From Chthoniobacteraceae bacterium (lineage in GTDB: Bacteria; Verrucomicrobiota; Verrucomicrobiia; Chthoniobacterales; Chthoniobacteraceae): a stretch of DNA of 64,000 nt. Position 1 is the stretch's first letter; each line of letters opens with the position of its first letter. Position numbers and translations under genes: made by a program. Shown in pieces: positions 45,678 through 54,285 of the stretch. The stretch is from assembly GCA_037190965.1 (NCBI GenBank), contig JBBCKI010000028.1, positions 96,001-160,000 on the forward strand. Reading direction: 5' to 3'. The notes below the pieces were generated by a model. It was not told the origin of the DNA and did not search any database. It worked only from the letters and a program-made list of their open reading frames with translations.

Positions 45678-46768
45678 TGAACCATCCTGCCGCGCTTGAG
45701 CGCATCGATACCGATATTCACGTCCGCTGGAGTGACGAAAGCGTCATCGCCTCATACCTGCCCAGAACCTGGCGTCAGCGATGGCTGAACGGGGGAGGGC
45801 ATACCCATGCGGGGCTCAAGGTCCATACACTTTATTACGATCCTGACGAAGCGGGAGCCTCCGGAGACGGCGCGGATTCTCAGGCCGCCCTTGATCCGGC
45901 GAAGCTCGCCGCATCCTGGCTTGAACCTCATCGGATCGGAAAAGCGATTCTAAGCGTTTACGATGCGCCGGTCATCTCGACGTTTGGCGACATTGACTAT
46001 CCAAGCGAAGTGGCGCGAGCGGTGAATCGATGGATGGAAGAGCAATGGCTGTCGGCGGACAGTCGCTTTTGCGGTTCCGTCGTCGTGGCGACCCAGGATC
46101 CGCAAGCGGCGGCGACCGAGATCAGGAGGGCGGCGCGGCATCCCGGAATGGTTCAGGTGACGCTGCCTTCGGGAACTCGAATGCCCTATGGCCATCGTTA
46201 TTACCGGCCGATCCTCGAAGCGGCGCAGGAGTGCGGCCTCACCATCGCGATCCACGGGGGTACGGAAGGCATGGGTACCTCCAACCCTCCGACTTCCTGC
46301 GGTTGGCCAGGTACCGTGGCGGAAATGCGGGTCGCCCGAAGCACCAGTTTTCTCGCGCACATGACCAGTCTGATTACCGAGGGCGTTTTTGTGGAGTTTC
46401 CGCGCCTGAAAGTGGTCTCCTTCGAAGCGGGGGCGGCCTGGGTTCCTGCTTATCTTTGGCGCTTCGACAAAAATTATAAGGGACTGCGGTCGGAATGCCC
46501 GTGGCTGAAAGAGTTGCCTAGCGAGTATGCGCGCCGCTATTTCCGGTTTGGTACCCAGGGAGTTGAGCATGGTGATCCGGCGTCGGAGTTCTGGCGCCTG
46601 CTGGCATCGATACGGGGTGAGGAAATGCTTCTATACTCCAGCAACTATCCCCGGTGGGATTGCGAATCCCCCGAAGACTCCTTCGTGCTGGCGACCAGTC
46701 CTGGCGAGTTCCGGTCATCCATCGAATCGGGGGTTGCGATGGGAACTTATTCGCGGCTTGGGGAATGA
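45674..46768 (+). CDS. amidohydrolase-fold protein with degenerate C-terminal metal motif
   Basis: IDTDIH, AIHGG, FEAG, but YSSNYPRWD instead of SSDYPHWD; ATGA overlap with the Rieske stop. Confidence 0.82.
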   Translation: MMNHPAALERIDTDIHVRWSDESVIASYLPRTWRQRWLNGGGHTHAGLKVHTLYYDPDEAGASGDGADSQAALDPAKLAASWLEPHRIGKAILSVYDAPVISTFGDIDYPSEVARAVNRWMEEQWLSADSRFCGSVVVATQDPQAAATEIRRAARHPGMVQVTLPSGTRMPYGHRYYRPILEAAQECGLTIAIHGGTEGMGTSNPPTSCGWPGTVAEMRVARSTSFLAHMTSLITEGVFVEFPRLKVVSFEAGAAWVPAYLWRFDKNYKGLRSECPWLKELPSEYARRYFRFGTQGVEHGDPASEFWRLLASIRGEEMLLYSSNYPRWDCESPEDSFVLATSPGEFRSSIESGVAMGTYSRLGE

Positions 46769-46890
46769 AAGCGGCCGGGGTGGCCTCGGCCTTTCTTCGG
46801 CTCAGGTTTGGGAAAGATCCCTACGCTTAAGAGAAGGTTCCGTAAGCCCGAGTTGTTGAGAAGAAGAAATAGAGGGCCTAGGGCCGTAGG

Positions 46891-47006
46891 CGGCGTCGTG
46901 GAACTCCACCCTCCCTCTACCGCGCGGCAAGCGCGCGCAGGGCGAAAGTTTCTTGATAAATAGTGTGGCGATACCCACCAACGGAGGGCGGAGCTCCGCG
47001 ATGCCG
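46891..47006. repeat. GGAG-type REP doublet, family B copy 1
   Basis: Arms CGGCGTCGTGGAACTCCACCCTCC / GGAGGGCGGAGCTCCGCGATGCCG; spacer is the reverse complement homologue of 63621-63682. Confidence 0.8.
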
Positions 47007-47069
47007 TAATCCTTGCCGCCGAAGGCTCACTTTTTCTCAATTCGTAAACTGAGGAGCGAAATCTTTCTT

Positions 47070-47161
47070 CAGCCCGGAGGGCTGGTGGAAATTAGCCGGG
47101 CGGTGAAGCGAAGCGGAACCCCCGGAAAACCGATCAAACGATTTCCGCCCCGGAGGGGCGG
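47070..47161. repeat. triple-hairpin element resembling IS200/IS605 (Y1) end-derived palindromic repeats
   Basis: CAGCCC-gga-GGGCTG, CCGGGCGG...CCCCCGG and CCGCCCC-gga-GGGGCGG in tandem just downstream of parC. Confidence 0.45.
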
Positions 47162-47173
47162 GGGAAAACACCG

Positions 47174-49192
47174 CTATCCCCGCTTTGTAACTTTCTGTAC
47201 CTTGTGCTTGGTAACAAGACTCCCTCGCAGGCCACGGTTCTTGACCTCAATAGTTGAGAAATCGAAGACGATCTCCTTGCTTGGCACGTTGCGCGTCGCT
47301 TTGAGAATGACTCCGATGGTCGGCGCCTTTTCCGAACTGGGACAGATGGCAAGGAAGAGGATCTTCCCATCCGCGATAGGGTAGATCCGGTCGCGCACCA
47401 CGCCGTCGCCCATGTGGAAGCGTTTCGCATAGGTGACGCCGCTCTCTTTGTGTTCGTAGATGAGATTGTAGGTAGTCGAAGTATCCCCGCGCACAAAAAT
47501 GGCGGCATGCAAGAGATCCTGCCCAAAGAACTCCTTTTCGGCCACCCGGTTGATCTTGAGGTCGCCGTTCCGGCCAATCGCCATCACGTCGTCGAGATCC
47601 GAGCATTCGCCCAACGGCTCTGCCGCTTCGTCGCGCTTGAGGCCCCAGCCGATGAAGCCGTCCTTCTTATTGACGAACGGCTTGGTATTCGCGTGGGCGA
47701 CACGAGCGGCGGAAATCGTGGAAAACGTCGTTAACTCGGTGCGGCGCTCGCGACCTTTGCTATACTTCTTCTTGAGGTTTTGGAACCACGAGATGGCAAA
47801 AGCGGTGAGGTTTGCGAGGAAGCCTTTGGTCTCTTTAATGGCTTCTTCGATTTTTTTGAGTTCGTCATCCGCGCCCTTGGAATCGAATCGCGAGATGCGC
47901 TTGATTTTGATCTCGGTGAGGCGCGCGCAGTCCTCGGGAGTCACCGGCTCCTTGAGCTTTTTCGTAAACGGTTCGAGTCCTTGATCGATGGTGGTCAGGA
48001 CGCTTTCCCAAGTCTCGCAGGTTTCGATCTTTTGATAGATCTTCTTTTCGATGAAGATCTTCTCCAGCGAAAGCTGACGCCAGCGGGTGTTGAGTTCATC
48101 GAGCCGGATCTCCAACTCCCGCCTGAGCAGATCGCGGGTGCGTTCCGTGGAGATGCGAAGAATCTCGGAAATGGAGGTGAAGGAGGGCTTCTGGTCCAGG
48201 ATCACCACCGCGTTCGGATTGATGGAAACCTCGCACTCAGTGAAGGCGTAGAGCGCGTTTTTGACGATCTCCGGATCGCTTCCCGGGAGAAGGTGAATCA
48301 GGATCTCGGCCTGTTCGGAGGTGTTGTCATCCACCTTCTTGATCTTGATCTTCTCCTTTTGATGCGCGGCGACGATGGAGGCAATCAGATTGGGGACGAC
48401 CGTGCCGAAGGGAATTTCGGTGATCGCGAGGAGGTTAGGCGAGCGGACTTCGATCTTGGCGCGCACACGCACCTTGCCTCCGCGGCGTCCATCCTGATAG
48501 TCGGAGCAATCGGCCAGGCCGCCCGTCAGGAAATCAGGGAACAGGGTGGGGGATTTCCCCCGGAGGACCGCGATGCTGGCATCCAGGATTTCAACAAAGT
48601 TGTGCGGCAGAACCTTGCAGGAGAGCCCCACGGCGATGCCCTCCACGCCCTGCGCAAGCAGCAGCGGGAATTTGATCGGCAACGTGACCGGTTCGTCATT
48701 GCGCTCGTCGTACGACTTGGTCCACGTCGTCGTCTTCGGGTTGAAGACCGCTTCAAGCGCGAACTTGGAGAGCCGGGCCTCGATGTAACGCGCGGCTGCG
48801 GCCGGGTCGCCGGTGATGATGTTTCCCCAGTTCCCCTGCGTGTCGATCAGGAGCTCCTTCTGGCCAAGGCCAACGAGGGCGTCGGTGATGCTGGCATCCC
48901 CGTGAGGGTGATACTTCATCGTATTGCCCACGGTATTGGCCACCTTGTTGTAGCGGCCATCCTCAAGTTCCCGCAGGGAGTGCATGATCCGGCGCTGGAC
49001 CGGCTTCAATCCGTCGTCGATATGCGGGACGGCGCGGTCGAGGATTACATACGAAGCATAGTCGATGAACCACGTCTCAAACATTCCATCCACATGCTTG
49101 AGCGATGGCCCTTCATGCCTGACCACTTCATTACGGGAAAGAGGCAGTTCCGGCTGTTCGGTTTGGCCTGGATCTGTGTTGGTTTTGGCCAT
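47174..49192 (-). CDS. parC: DNA topoisomerase IV subunit A (short Bacteroidetes/PVC type)
   Basis: DGLKPVQRR, YHPHGD, catalytic AAARYIEARL, GIAVG; no GyrA box, short CTD. Confidence 0.88.
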   Translation of the reverse strand: MAKTNTDPGQTEQPELPLSRNEVVRHEGPSLKHVDGMFETWFIDYASYVILDRAVPHIDDGLKPVQRRIMHSLRELEDGRYNKVANTVGNTMKYHPHGDASITDALVGLGQKELLIDTQGNWGNIITGDPAAAARYIEARLSKFALEAVFNPKTTTWTKSYDERNDEPVTLPIKFPLLLAQGVEGIAVGLSCKVLPHNFVEILDASIAVLRGKSPTLFPDFLTGGLADCSDYQDGRRGGKVRVRAKIEVRSPNLLAITEIPFGTVVPNLIASIVAAHQKEKIKIKKVDDNTSEQAEILIHLLPGSDPEIVKNALYAFTECEVSINPNAVVILDQKPSFTSISEILRISTERTRDLLRRELEIRLDELNTRWRQLSLEKIFIEKKIYQKIETCETWESVLTTIDQGLEPFTKKLKEPVTPEDCARLTEIKIKRISRFDSKGADDELKKIEEAIKETKGFLANLTAFAISWFQNLKKKYSKGRERRTELTTFSTISAARVAHANTKPFVNKKDGFIGWGLKRDEAAEPLGECSDLDDVMAIGRNGDLKINRVAEKEFFGQDLLHAAIFVRGDTSTTYNLIYEHKESGVTYAKRFHMGDGVVRDRIYPIADGKILFLAICPSSEKAPTIGVILKATRNVPSKEIVFDFSTIEVKNRGLRGSLVTKHKVQKVTKRG

Positions 49193-49195
49193 GGG

Positions 49196-51076
49196 TTAGG
49201 TGGTCGTGTAAGCGAGATTTTTGATGATGAACTCCTGGCGGTCCGGAGTGTTGGTGCCCATGTAAAATTGGAGGAGTTTGTCCACGGGGCTTTCCTTGCC
49301 GATGATGACCGGCTCGAGCCGGATCTTGGGGCCGATGAAGTGGCGGAACTCGTCGGGCGAGATTTCGCCCAATCCTTTGAATCGGGTGACCTCCGGGTTG
49401 GGGCCCAGCGCCGTGATGGCCTTCACGCGCTCTGCTTCAGTGTAGCAATATCGCGTCTCCTTCTTGTTGCGAACCCGGAAAAGCGGGGTTTGCAGGATGT
49501 AAAGGTGGCCGTTTTTGATCAGCTCCGGCAGGAAGGTCAAAAAGAAGGTGATCAGCAACAGGCGAATATGCATCCCGTCGACGTCGGCGTCGGTCGCCAG
49601 CACGATGTTGTTGTAGCGGAGCTCTTCGATGCCTGCCTCCACATTGAGCGCGCTGTGGAGCATGCTCAACTCGTCGTTCTCATACATGACCCGGCGGGTC
49701 TTGCCGTGTGTGTTGAGAGGTTTGCCTTTCAGCGAAAAGACCGCCTGGGCGTTTGGATCACGAACCTTGGTGATCGAGCCGGAGGCGGACTCGCCCTCGG
49801 TGATGAAAAGGGTGGTCTTCCCCCGCTTGTCCTCCTCGCCCCGGCGGGGGGCTTTGTCGTTGAAGTGGATGCGGCAGTCGCGGAGCTTGGAGTTGTGGAG
49901 GCTCACCCTCTTCGCGGCATCCCTCGCAATATCGCGGATGCCCGCGAGTTCTTTGCGCTCCCGCTCGTTTTGCTGGATTTTCTGCTGGATGGCCTGGGCC
50001 ACCGCCGGGCTGCGGTGGAGGAAATTATCCAGTTCCTTTTTGACGAGATCGGCGACGTAACTCCGGATGGACACGCCACCGTTGGGGCTCATCGTCACGC
50101 TGCCGAGTTTCGTCTTCGTTTGGGATTCGAAGATCGGCTCCTGCACGCGGATCGAAACGGCCGCAATGATGCCGGTGCGGATGTCGGAGGCGTCGTAATC
50201 TTTCTTGAAAAACTCCCGCAGGGATTTGACGACGGCCTCTCGAAACGCCTGTTGGTGGGTGCCCCCCTGGGTGGTGTGCTGCCCGTTGGTAAAGGAGTAA
50301 TATTCCTCGCCGTATTGGGCGGCGTGGGTGAAGACGATCTCCAGGAGGTTGGCGGAGTCCTTGAGGTGAATCGCCTTGTAAGCGGTGGAGCCGTCGATCT
50401 TCTGGTTGAGGAGGTCGAGAAGGCCGTTTTCGGATTTGAACGCCTTGCCGTTGAACGTCAGCGTCAGCCCCATGTTGAGGTACGCGTAGTTCCAGAGCAT
50501 GTTCTCGACGTATTCGTCCTTGAACTCGTAGTTCGGAAAGATTTCCGGGTCCGGCGTGAACGTTGTCAGCGTCCCGGATTTTTGCCCCTTTGCGGCTTTG
50601 GCGCCGGGATCGGCGACCAGGTTTCCCTGGGCAAAATCGGCCCTGCGAGTTTTCTCTTCGCGGTAGGTTTGGATGATGAAGCTGGAGGAAAGGGCGTTGA
50701 CGGCCTTTAAGCCGACGCCATTGAGCCCCACGCTTCGCTGGAAGGCCTCGCTGTCATATTTGCCGCCGGTGTTCGGCTTGCCCGCGCAGTCCACCAGGCT
50801 CCCGAGCGGAATGCCCCGGCCGAAGTCGCGCACCGTGACGCATTGCGTCCCGTCTGGGTTGGTTGCCAGCGTGACATCGATCTGCTTGCCGCACCCCATC
50901 GTGAACTCGTCGATGGAGTTGTCGATCGTCTCTTTGAGCAGGATGTAAATGCCATCGTCATGGGCCGCCCCGTCTCCGAGGCGTCCGATATACATGCCCG
51001 GCCGCCGCCGGATATGTTCATTCCACTCCAGGGAGCGAATGTTTGCTTCAGTGTATTTTCTTGAGACCTGACTCAT
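49196..51076 (-). CDS. parE: DNA topoisomerase IV subunit B
   Basis: [60 protein letters not shown]; likely start ATG 51076. Confidence 0.9.
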   Translation of the reverse strand: MSQVSRKYTEANIRSLEWNEHIRRRPGMYIGRLGDGAAHDDGIYILLKETIDNSIDEFTMGCGKQIDVTLATNPDGTQCVTVRDFGRGIPLGSLVDCAGKPNTGGKYDSEAFQRSVGLNGVGLKAVNALSSSFIIQTYREEKTRRADFAQGNLVADPGAKAAKGQKSGTLTTFTPDPEIFPNYEFKDEYVENMLWNYAYLNMGLTLTFNGKAFKSENGLLDLLNQKIDGSTAYKAIHLKDSANLLEIVFTHAAQYGEEYYSFTNGQHTTQGGTHQQAFREAVVKSLREFFKKDYDASDIRTGIIAAVSIRVQEPIFESQTKTKLGSVTMSPNGGVSIRSYVADLVKKELDNFLHRSPAVAQAIQQKIQQNERERKELAGIRDIARDAAKRVSLHNSKLRDCRIHFNDKAPRRGEEDKRGKTTLFITEGESASGSITKVRDPNAQAVFSLKGKPLNTHGKTRRVMYENDELSMLHSALNVEAGIEELRYNNIVLATDADVDGMHIRLLLITFFLTFLPELIKNGHLYILQTPLFRVRNKKETRYCYTEAERVKAITALGPNPEVTRFKGLGEISPDEFRHFIGPKIRLEPVIIGKESPVDKLLQFYMGTNTPDRQEFIIKNLAYTTT

Positions 51077-51178
51077 TTTGGAGCCGGGTCTATACGCCAA
51101 TATCGGGCGATGTGACACTCAAAAACCGCCTTCTCTCGGATGAAACCGTCCGGAGTCGCCGGAAGAAAGGCCAAAGCG

Positions 51179-51250
51179 AGCGCCTTCGGCGTTATCGGCG
51201 TCGCGGAGCTCCGCCCTCCGTCGGCGGGTGCTGCCGCGCCGGTTTTCCCG
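51179..51250. repeat. GGAG-type REP, family B copy 2 (single arm + partial spacer)
   Basis: 51196-51222 CGGCGTCGCGGAGCTCCGCCCTCCGTC identical to 63597-63623. Confidence 0.8.
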
Positions 51251-51261
51251 CGTGAGGGAGT

Positions 51262-51588
51262 TCACGTAACGAGCGATTCGAGCTGATCGACAATCGCTTT
51301 TTTGGCAGTAACGCCGGAAATTTGACGCTTCAATTCGCCGCCGCCGAAGAAGAGGAGCGCCGGAATTCCCCGGATGTTGAAGCGTTGCGCCAGCGCGGGG
51401 TCGTCGTCAACGTTCACCTTGGCGATGCGAAAGCGCCCGGAACTCTCGCGGGCGATCTCGTCGAGGACGGGCGCGATGAGTTTGCAGGGCCCACACCAGG
51501 GGGCCCAGAAATCGACCAGCACCGGCACGGGAGATTGCAGCACCGCTTTCTCGAAGCTGGCTGCGTTGATATTGATCGGTTCGTTCAT
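51262..51588 (-). CDS. trxA: thioredoxin
   Basis: VDFWAPWCGPC, KVNVD, IRGIP. Confidence 0.96.
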   Translation of the reverse strand: MNEPININAASFEKAVLQSPVPVLVDFWAPWCGPCKLIAPVLDEIARESSGRFRIAKVNVDDDPALAQRFNIRGIPALLFFGGGELKRQISGVTAKKAIVDQLESLVT

Positions 51589-51603
51589 TTGTGGAAACAG
51601 GTT

Positions 51604-52665
51604 TTAGTTTCGCCCGGCTTTTTGCCGGGGCTGATGAGGTTGGAGTTCGCGCGGTACGACAATGAGGAACAGTTTTTCGGTGCCCCGAAGGATCATGAGC
51701 GGTGACGCAATCCCGATTTCCGAGGCGACGAGGTATTTGTGAAGATTGTCGATCGTGGCGATCGGCTGGCCTTTGAAGCCGACGATCACGTCGCCCTGCC
51801 GCAAGCCCGCGATCGAGGCGGGGCTGCCCGGCTCGATTTCGGAGACTTGCACGCCCCTGTCCACCGGGAGTTTGTGGAAACGAACCACGCGCGGATGCAG
51901 CGGAACGTTCTGCCCGCCAATCCCGATGGAACTGCGCCGGATGCGCTGCTCCTTGATCAGCCAGGCCGCCACGAACTGCGCCGTGTTGCTGGCGATGGCA
52001 AAGCAGATGCCTTGCGCCGGAAGAATCACGGCTGTGTTCACGCCGATCACTTCGCCCGCGCTGTTGATCAGCGGTCCGCCGGAGTTGCCGGGGTTCAGCG
52101 CGGCATCGGTCTGGATAATGTCGTCCATGAGCCGACCCGAATCCGCCCTCATGGACCGGCCCAGCGCACTGACAATGCCGGAGGTCACTGTCTGCTGGAA
52201 GCCATAGGGGCTGCCAATCGCGACCGCAACCTGCCCAACGCGGATCCGGGATGAATCCGCAAGCCGCACATGCTGAAGGTCTGGCGCATCGATCCGGATG
52301 ATGGCGAGATCCGTCTCCGGGTCCGTGCCGATCAACTGCGCCCGATAGACACGGGCGTCATGGAGGGTTACCTCCAGTTCCCGCGCTCCCTGGACCACGT
52401 GGCTGTTTGTAAGGATGAAGCCGTCGCGAGCGATGATGAAACCAGAGCCGCTGCCCTGGCCGTGCTGTCCGTTCGTAATGCGGATGTTGACGACGCTGGG
52501 TGCGACGAGGCTCACCGCCGCCGCAACCGTTTGCGAATAGGCGTCGAGCAGTTCGGCGTCGCTTGGAAGCGATGCCGGAGTCGAACTGACGGGCTCGTCA
52601 TGTTCGTGCAAAACACGAACGAGCCGGGGTGTTCTCCGTCCCTGAAATTCGTGTGGAATTTTCAT
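51604..52665 (-). CDS. HtrA/DegP-like trypsin protease with one PDZ domain, apparently cytoplasmic
   Basis: GSGSGF, LTNSHVV, TDLA, QTDAALNPGNSGGPL, PDZ (SPA..AGLR.GD); no signal peptide; likely start ATG 52665. Confidence 0.92.
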   Translation of the reverse strand: MKIPHEFQGRRTPRLVRVLHEHDEPVSSTPASLPSDAELLDAYSQTVAAAVSLVAPSVVNIRITNGQHGQGSGSGFIIARDGFILTNSHVVQGARELEVTLHDARVYRAQLIGTDPETDLAIIRIDAPDLQHVRLADSSRIRVGQVAVAIGSPYGFQQTVTSGIVSALGRSMRADSGRLMDDIIQTDAALNPGNSGGPLINSAGEVIGVNTAVILPAQGICFAIASNTAQFVAAWLIKEQRIRRSSIGIGGQNVPLHPRVVRFHKLPVDRGVQVSEIEPGSPASIAGLRQGDVIVGFKGQPIATIDNLHKYLVASEIGIASPLMILRGTEKLFLIVVPRELQPHQPRQKAGRN

Positions 52666-52679
52666 AGCCTGTTGAAGAA

Positions 52680-52708
52680 ATAATAGACCGGTCGTCTCTA
52701 AAAAGCAA
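52680..52708 (-). promoter_or_regulatory. sigma70 promoter of htrA-trxA with TetR operator
   Basis: TTGCTT-N17-TATTAT; operator TAGACCGGTCGTCTC (52684-52698) in the spacer. Confidence 0.8.
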
Positions 52709-52733
52709 GTGAACTTAAAAACAAAGGAAGAAT

Positions 52734-53315
52734 TCAAGCGGTGGCGAGAGAGGAACGAAGGAATTGCGCCGCCGATCGCAGAGGCGCGACGCTTCGTTCC
52801 ACCTGCATTCGCTGCATTGCCCCCTGCCAGGTGTCCTGAATGGCGGCGGCGGCTTCCGCCGGGTTGAGCCCCTTGCGGATACTGCCATCCGCCTGGCCTT
52901 CCCTGACAAGCTGCTCGTAAATGGCGCGCCAGGCTTTCAAGCCCTCGGCCAGGGCTGCCCGCATCGGTTCGCTAAAGTTCGCGACTTCCAGGCCGAGCTT
53001 GACCACGAGACAGCACTGCCTGCACTCGCTTGCCGTGACCTGGCCGATCTGGTAACCCCAGTAATCGACCAGCTTCTGGAGGGCCGTGGTGTTCGGGGTT
53101 GCAAAGAACTTTTGCAGGCATGCCGTGTGTCCCTTGACGTAATGCGAGATCAATTCCACTCCAAATTGCTCCTTCGAGCTGAAATGGTGATAGAAGGACC
53201 CCTTCGGCACCTTCACCGCGGAAAGAATCTCCGTCAGCCCCACAGAGTGAAAACTCTTGGTGAGCATGATCTCCTCTGCGGCATCGAGGATTCGGTCTTT
53301 GGTGGAGATGCTCAT
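52734..53315 (-). CDS. NemR-like TetR family repressor
   Basis: GLTEILSAVKVPKGSFYHHF.SKE.FG HTH and CCLVVKLGLEV, both like NemR. Confidence 0.88.
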   Translation of the reverse strand: MSISTKDRILDAAEEIMLTKSFHSVGLTEILSAVKVPKGSFYHHFSSKEQFGVELISHYVKGHTACLQKFFATPNTTALQKLVDYWGYQIGQVTASECRQCCLVVKLGLEVANFSEPMRAALAEGLKAWRAIYEQLVREGQADGSIRKGLNPAEAAAAIQDTWQGAMQRMQVERSVAPLRSAAQFLRSSLATA

Positions 53316-53328
53316 TCGGATAATAACG

Positions 53329-53357
53329 AAACTAGACCGGTCGTCTCAGAAGATCAA
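53329..53357 (-). promoter_or_regulatory. sigma70 promoter of the TetR gene with autoregulatory operator
   Basis: TTGATC-N17-TAGTTT; operator TAGACCGGTCGTCTC (53333-53347) identical to 52684-52698. Confidence 0.8.
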
Positions 53358-53388
53358 GCGCCTTCTTTTCCGCGTACGATAGCGCGCA

Positions 53389-54210
53389 TCAGGCTTTGAT
53401 GAACGCCAGGAGATCCTCGTTAACCCGGTCCTTGAGCGTGGTGCACAGGCCGTGCGGCGCCCCTTCGTAGACCTTCAGTGTGGCATTCTTGATCAGCTTG
53501 GATGAAAGAAGGGCCGAGTCTGCAAACGGAACAATCTGGTCGTCATCCCCATGAAGGACCAATGTCGGAACGTCGAATTTCCTCAAATCTTCGGTCAGGT
53601 CTGTTTCGGAAAACGCCTTGATGCAAAAGTAGGAAGCAGGAAAACCGGCCATCATCCCCTGAAGCCAGAAAGATTCACGCACTCCCTCCGAAATCTTGGC
53701 TCCCGGCCTGTTGTAGCCGTAGAAGGGCAGGCTGAGGTCTTTCCAGAATTGCGAGCGGTCGGTGGCGACACCGACGCGGAGCTGATCGAATACCTCGATT
53801 GGCAAGCCGCCCGGATTCGCCGCGGTCTTCAGCATCAGCGGCGGTATCGCGCTAATAAGAACTGCCTTGGCCACACGGCTTGTGCCGTGCCTTCCGATGT
53901 AGCGGGCGACTTCACCGCCGCCCGTGGAGTGGCCGACATGGATTGCGTTTTTTAGGTCGAGCGCTTCGACAAGCAGCGCAAGGTCATCGGCGTACGTGTC
54001 CAGATCGTTGCCGTTCCAGGGTTGGCTTGAGCGCCCGTGCCCCCGGCGGTCATGGGCGATACAGCGGTAGCCGCGCGAGGCCAGGAAGAACATCTGATCC
54101 TCAAAAGCGTCCGCACTCAGTGGCCAGCCGTGGCTGAAGACGATGGGCTGGCCCGTGCCCCAGTCATTGAAATAGAGATCCGTCCCATCTTGAGTGGTGA
54201 TTGTGCTCAT
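53389..54210 (-). CDS. cpo: non-heme chloroperoxidase/perhydrolase-family alpha/beta hydrolase
   Basis: [37 protein letters not shown] catalytic triad motifs. Confidence 0.9.
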   Translation of the reverse strand: MSTITTQDGTDLYFNDWGTGQPIVFSHGWPLSADAFEDQMFFLASRGYRCIAHDRRGHGRSSQPWNGNDLDTYADDLALLVEALDLKNAIHVGHSTGGGEVARYIGRHGTSRVAKAVLISAIPPLMLKTAANPGGLPIEVFDQLRVGVATDRSQFWKDLSLPFYGYNRPGAKISEGVRESFWLQGMMAGFPASYFCIKAFSETDLTEDLRKFDVPTLVLHGDDDQIVPFADSALLSSKLIKNATLKVYEGAPHGLCTTLKDRVNEDLLAFIKA

Positions 54211-54285
54211 AAAATATCGTCGCCATCGCGATGGCGTTGGTAAACGGATTCCAATGCAAAGTTGATCGCATTCGTTTCCGGAGCT

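Noticed and set aside
47780..50710. 976-aa plus-strand ORF antisense to parC/parE
   Set aside because: Codon-aligned shadow of GC-rich conserved genes; it crosses the junction only because parE and parC are in frame; no recognisable motifs
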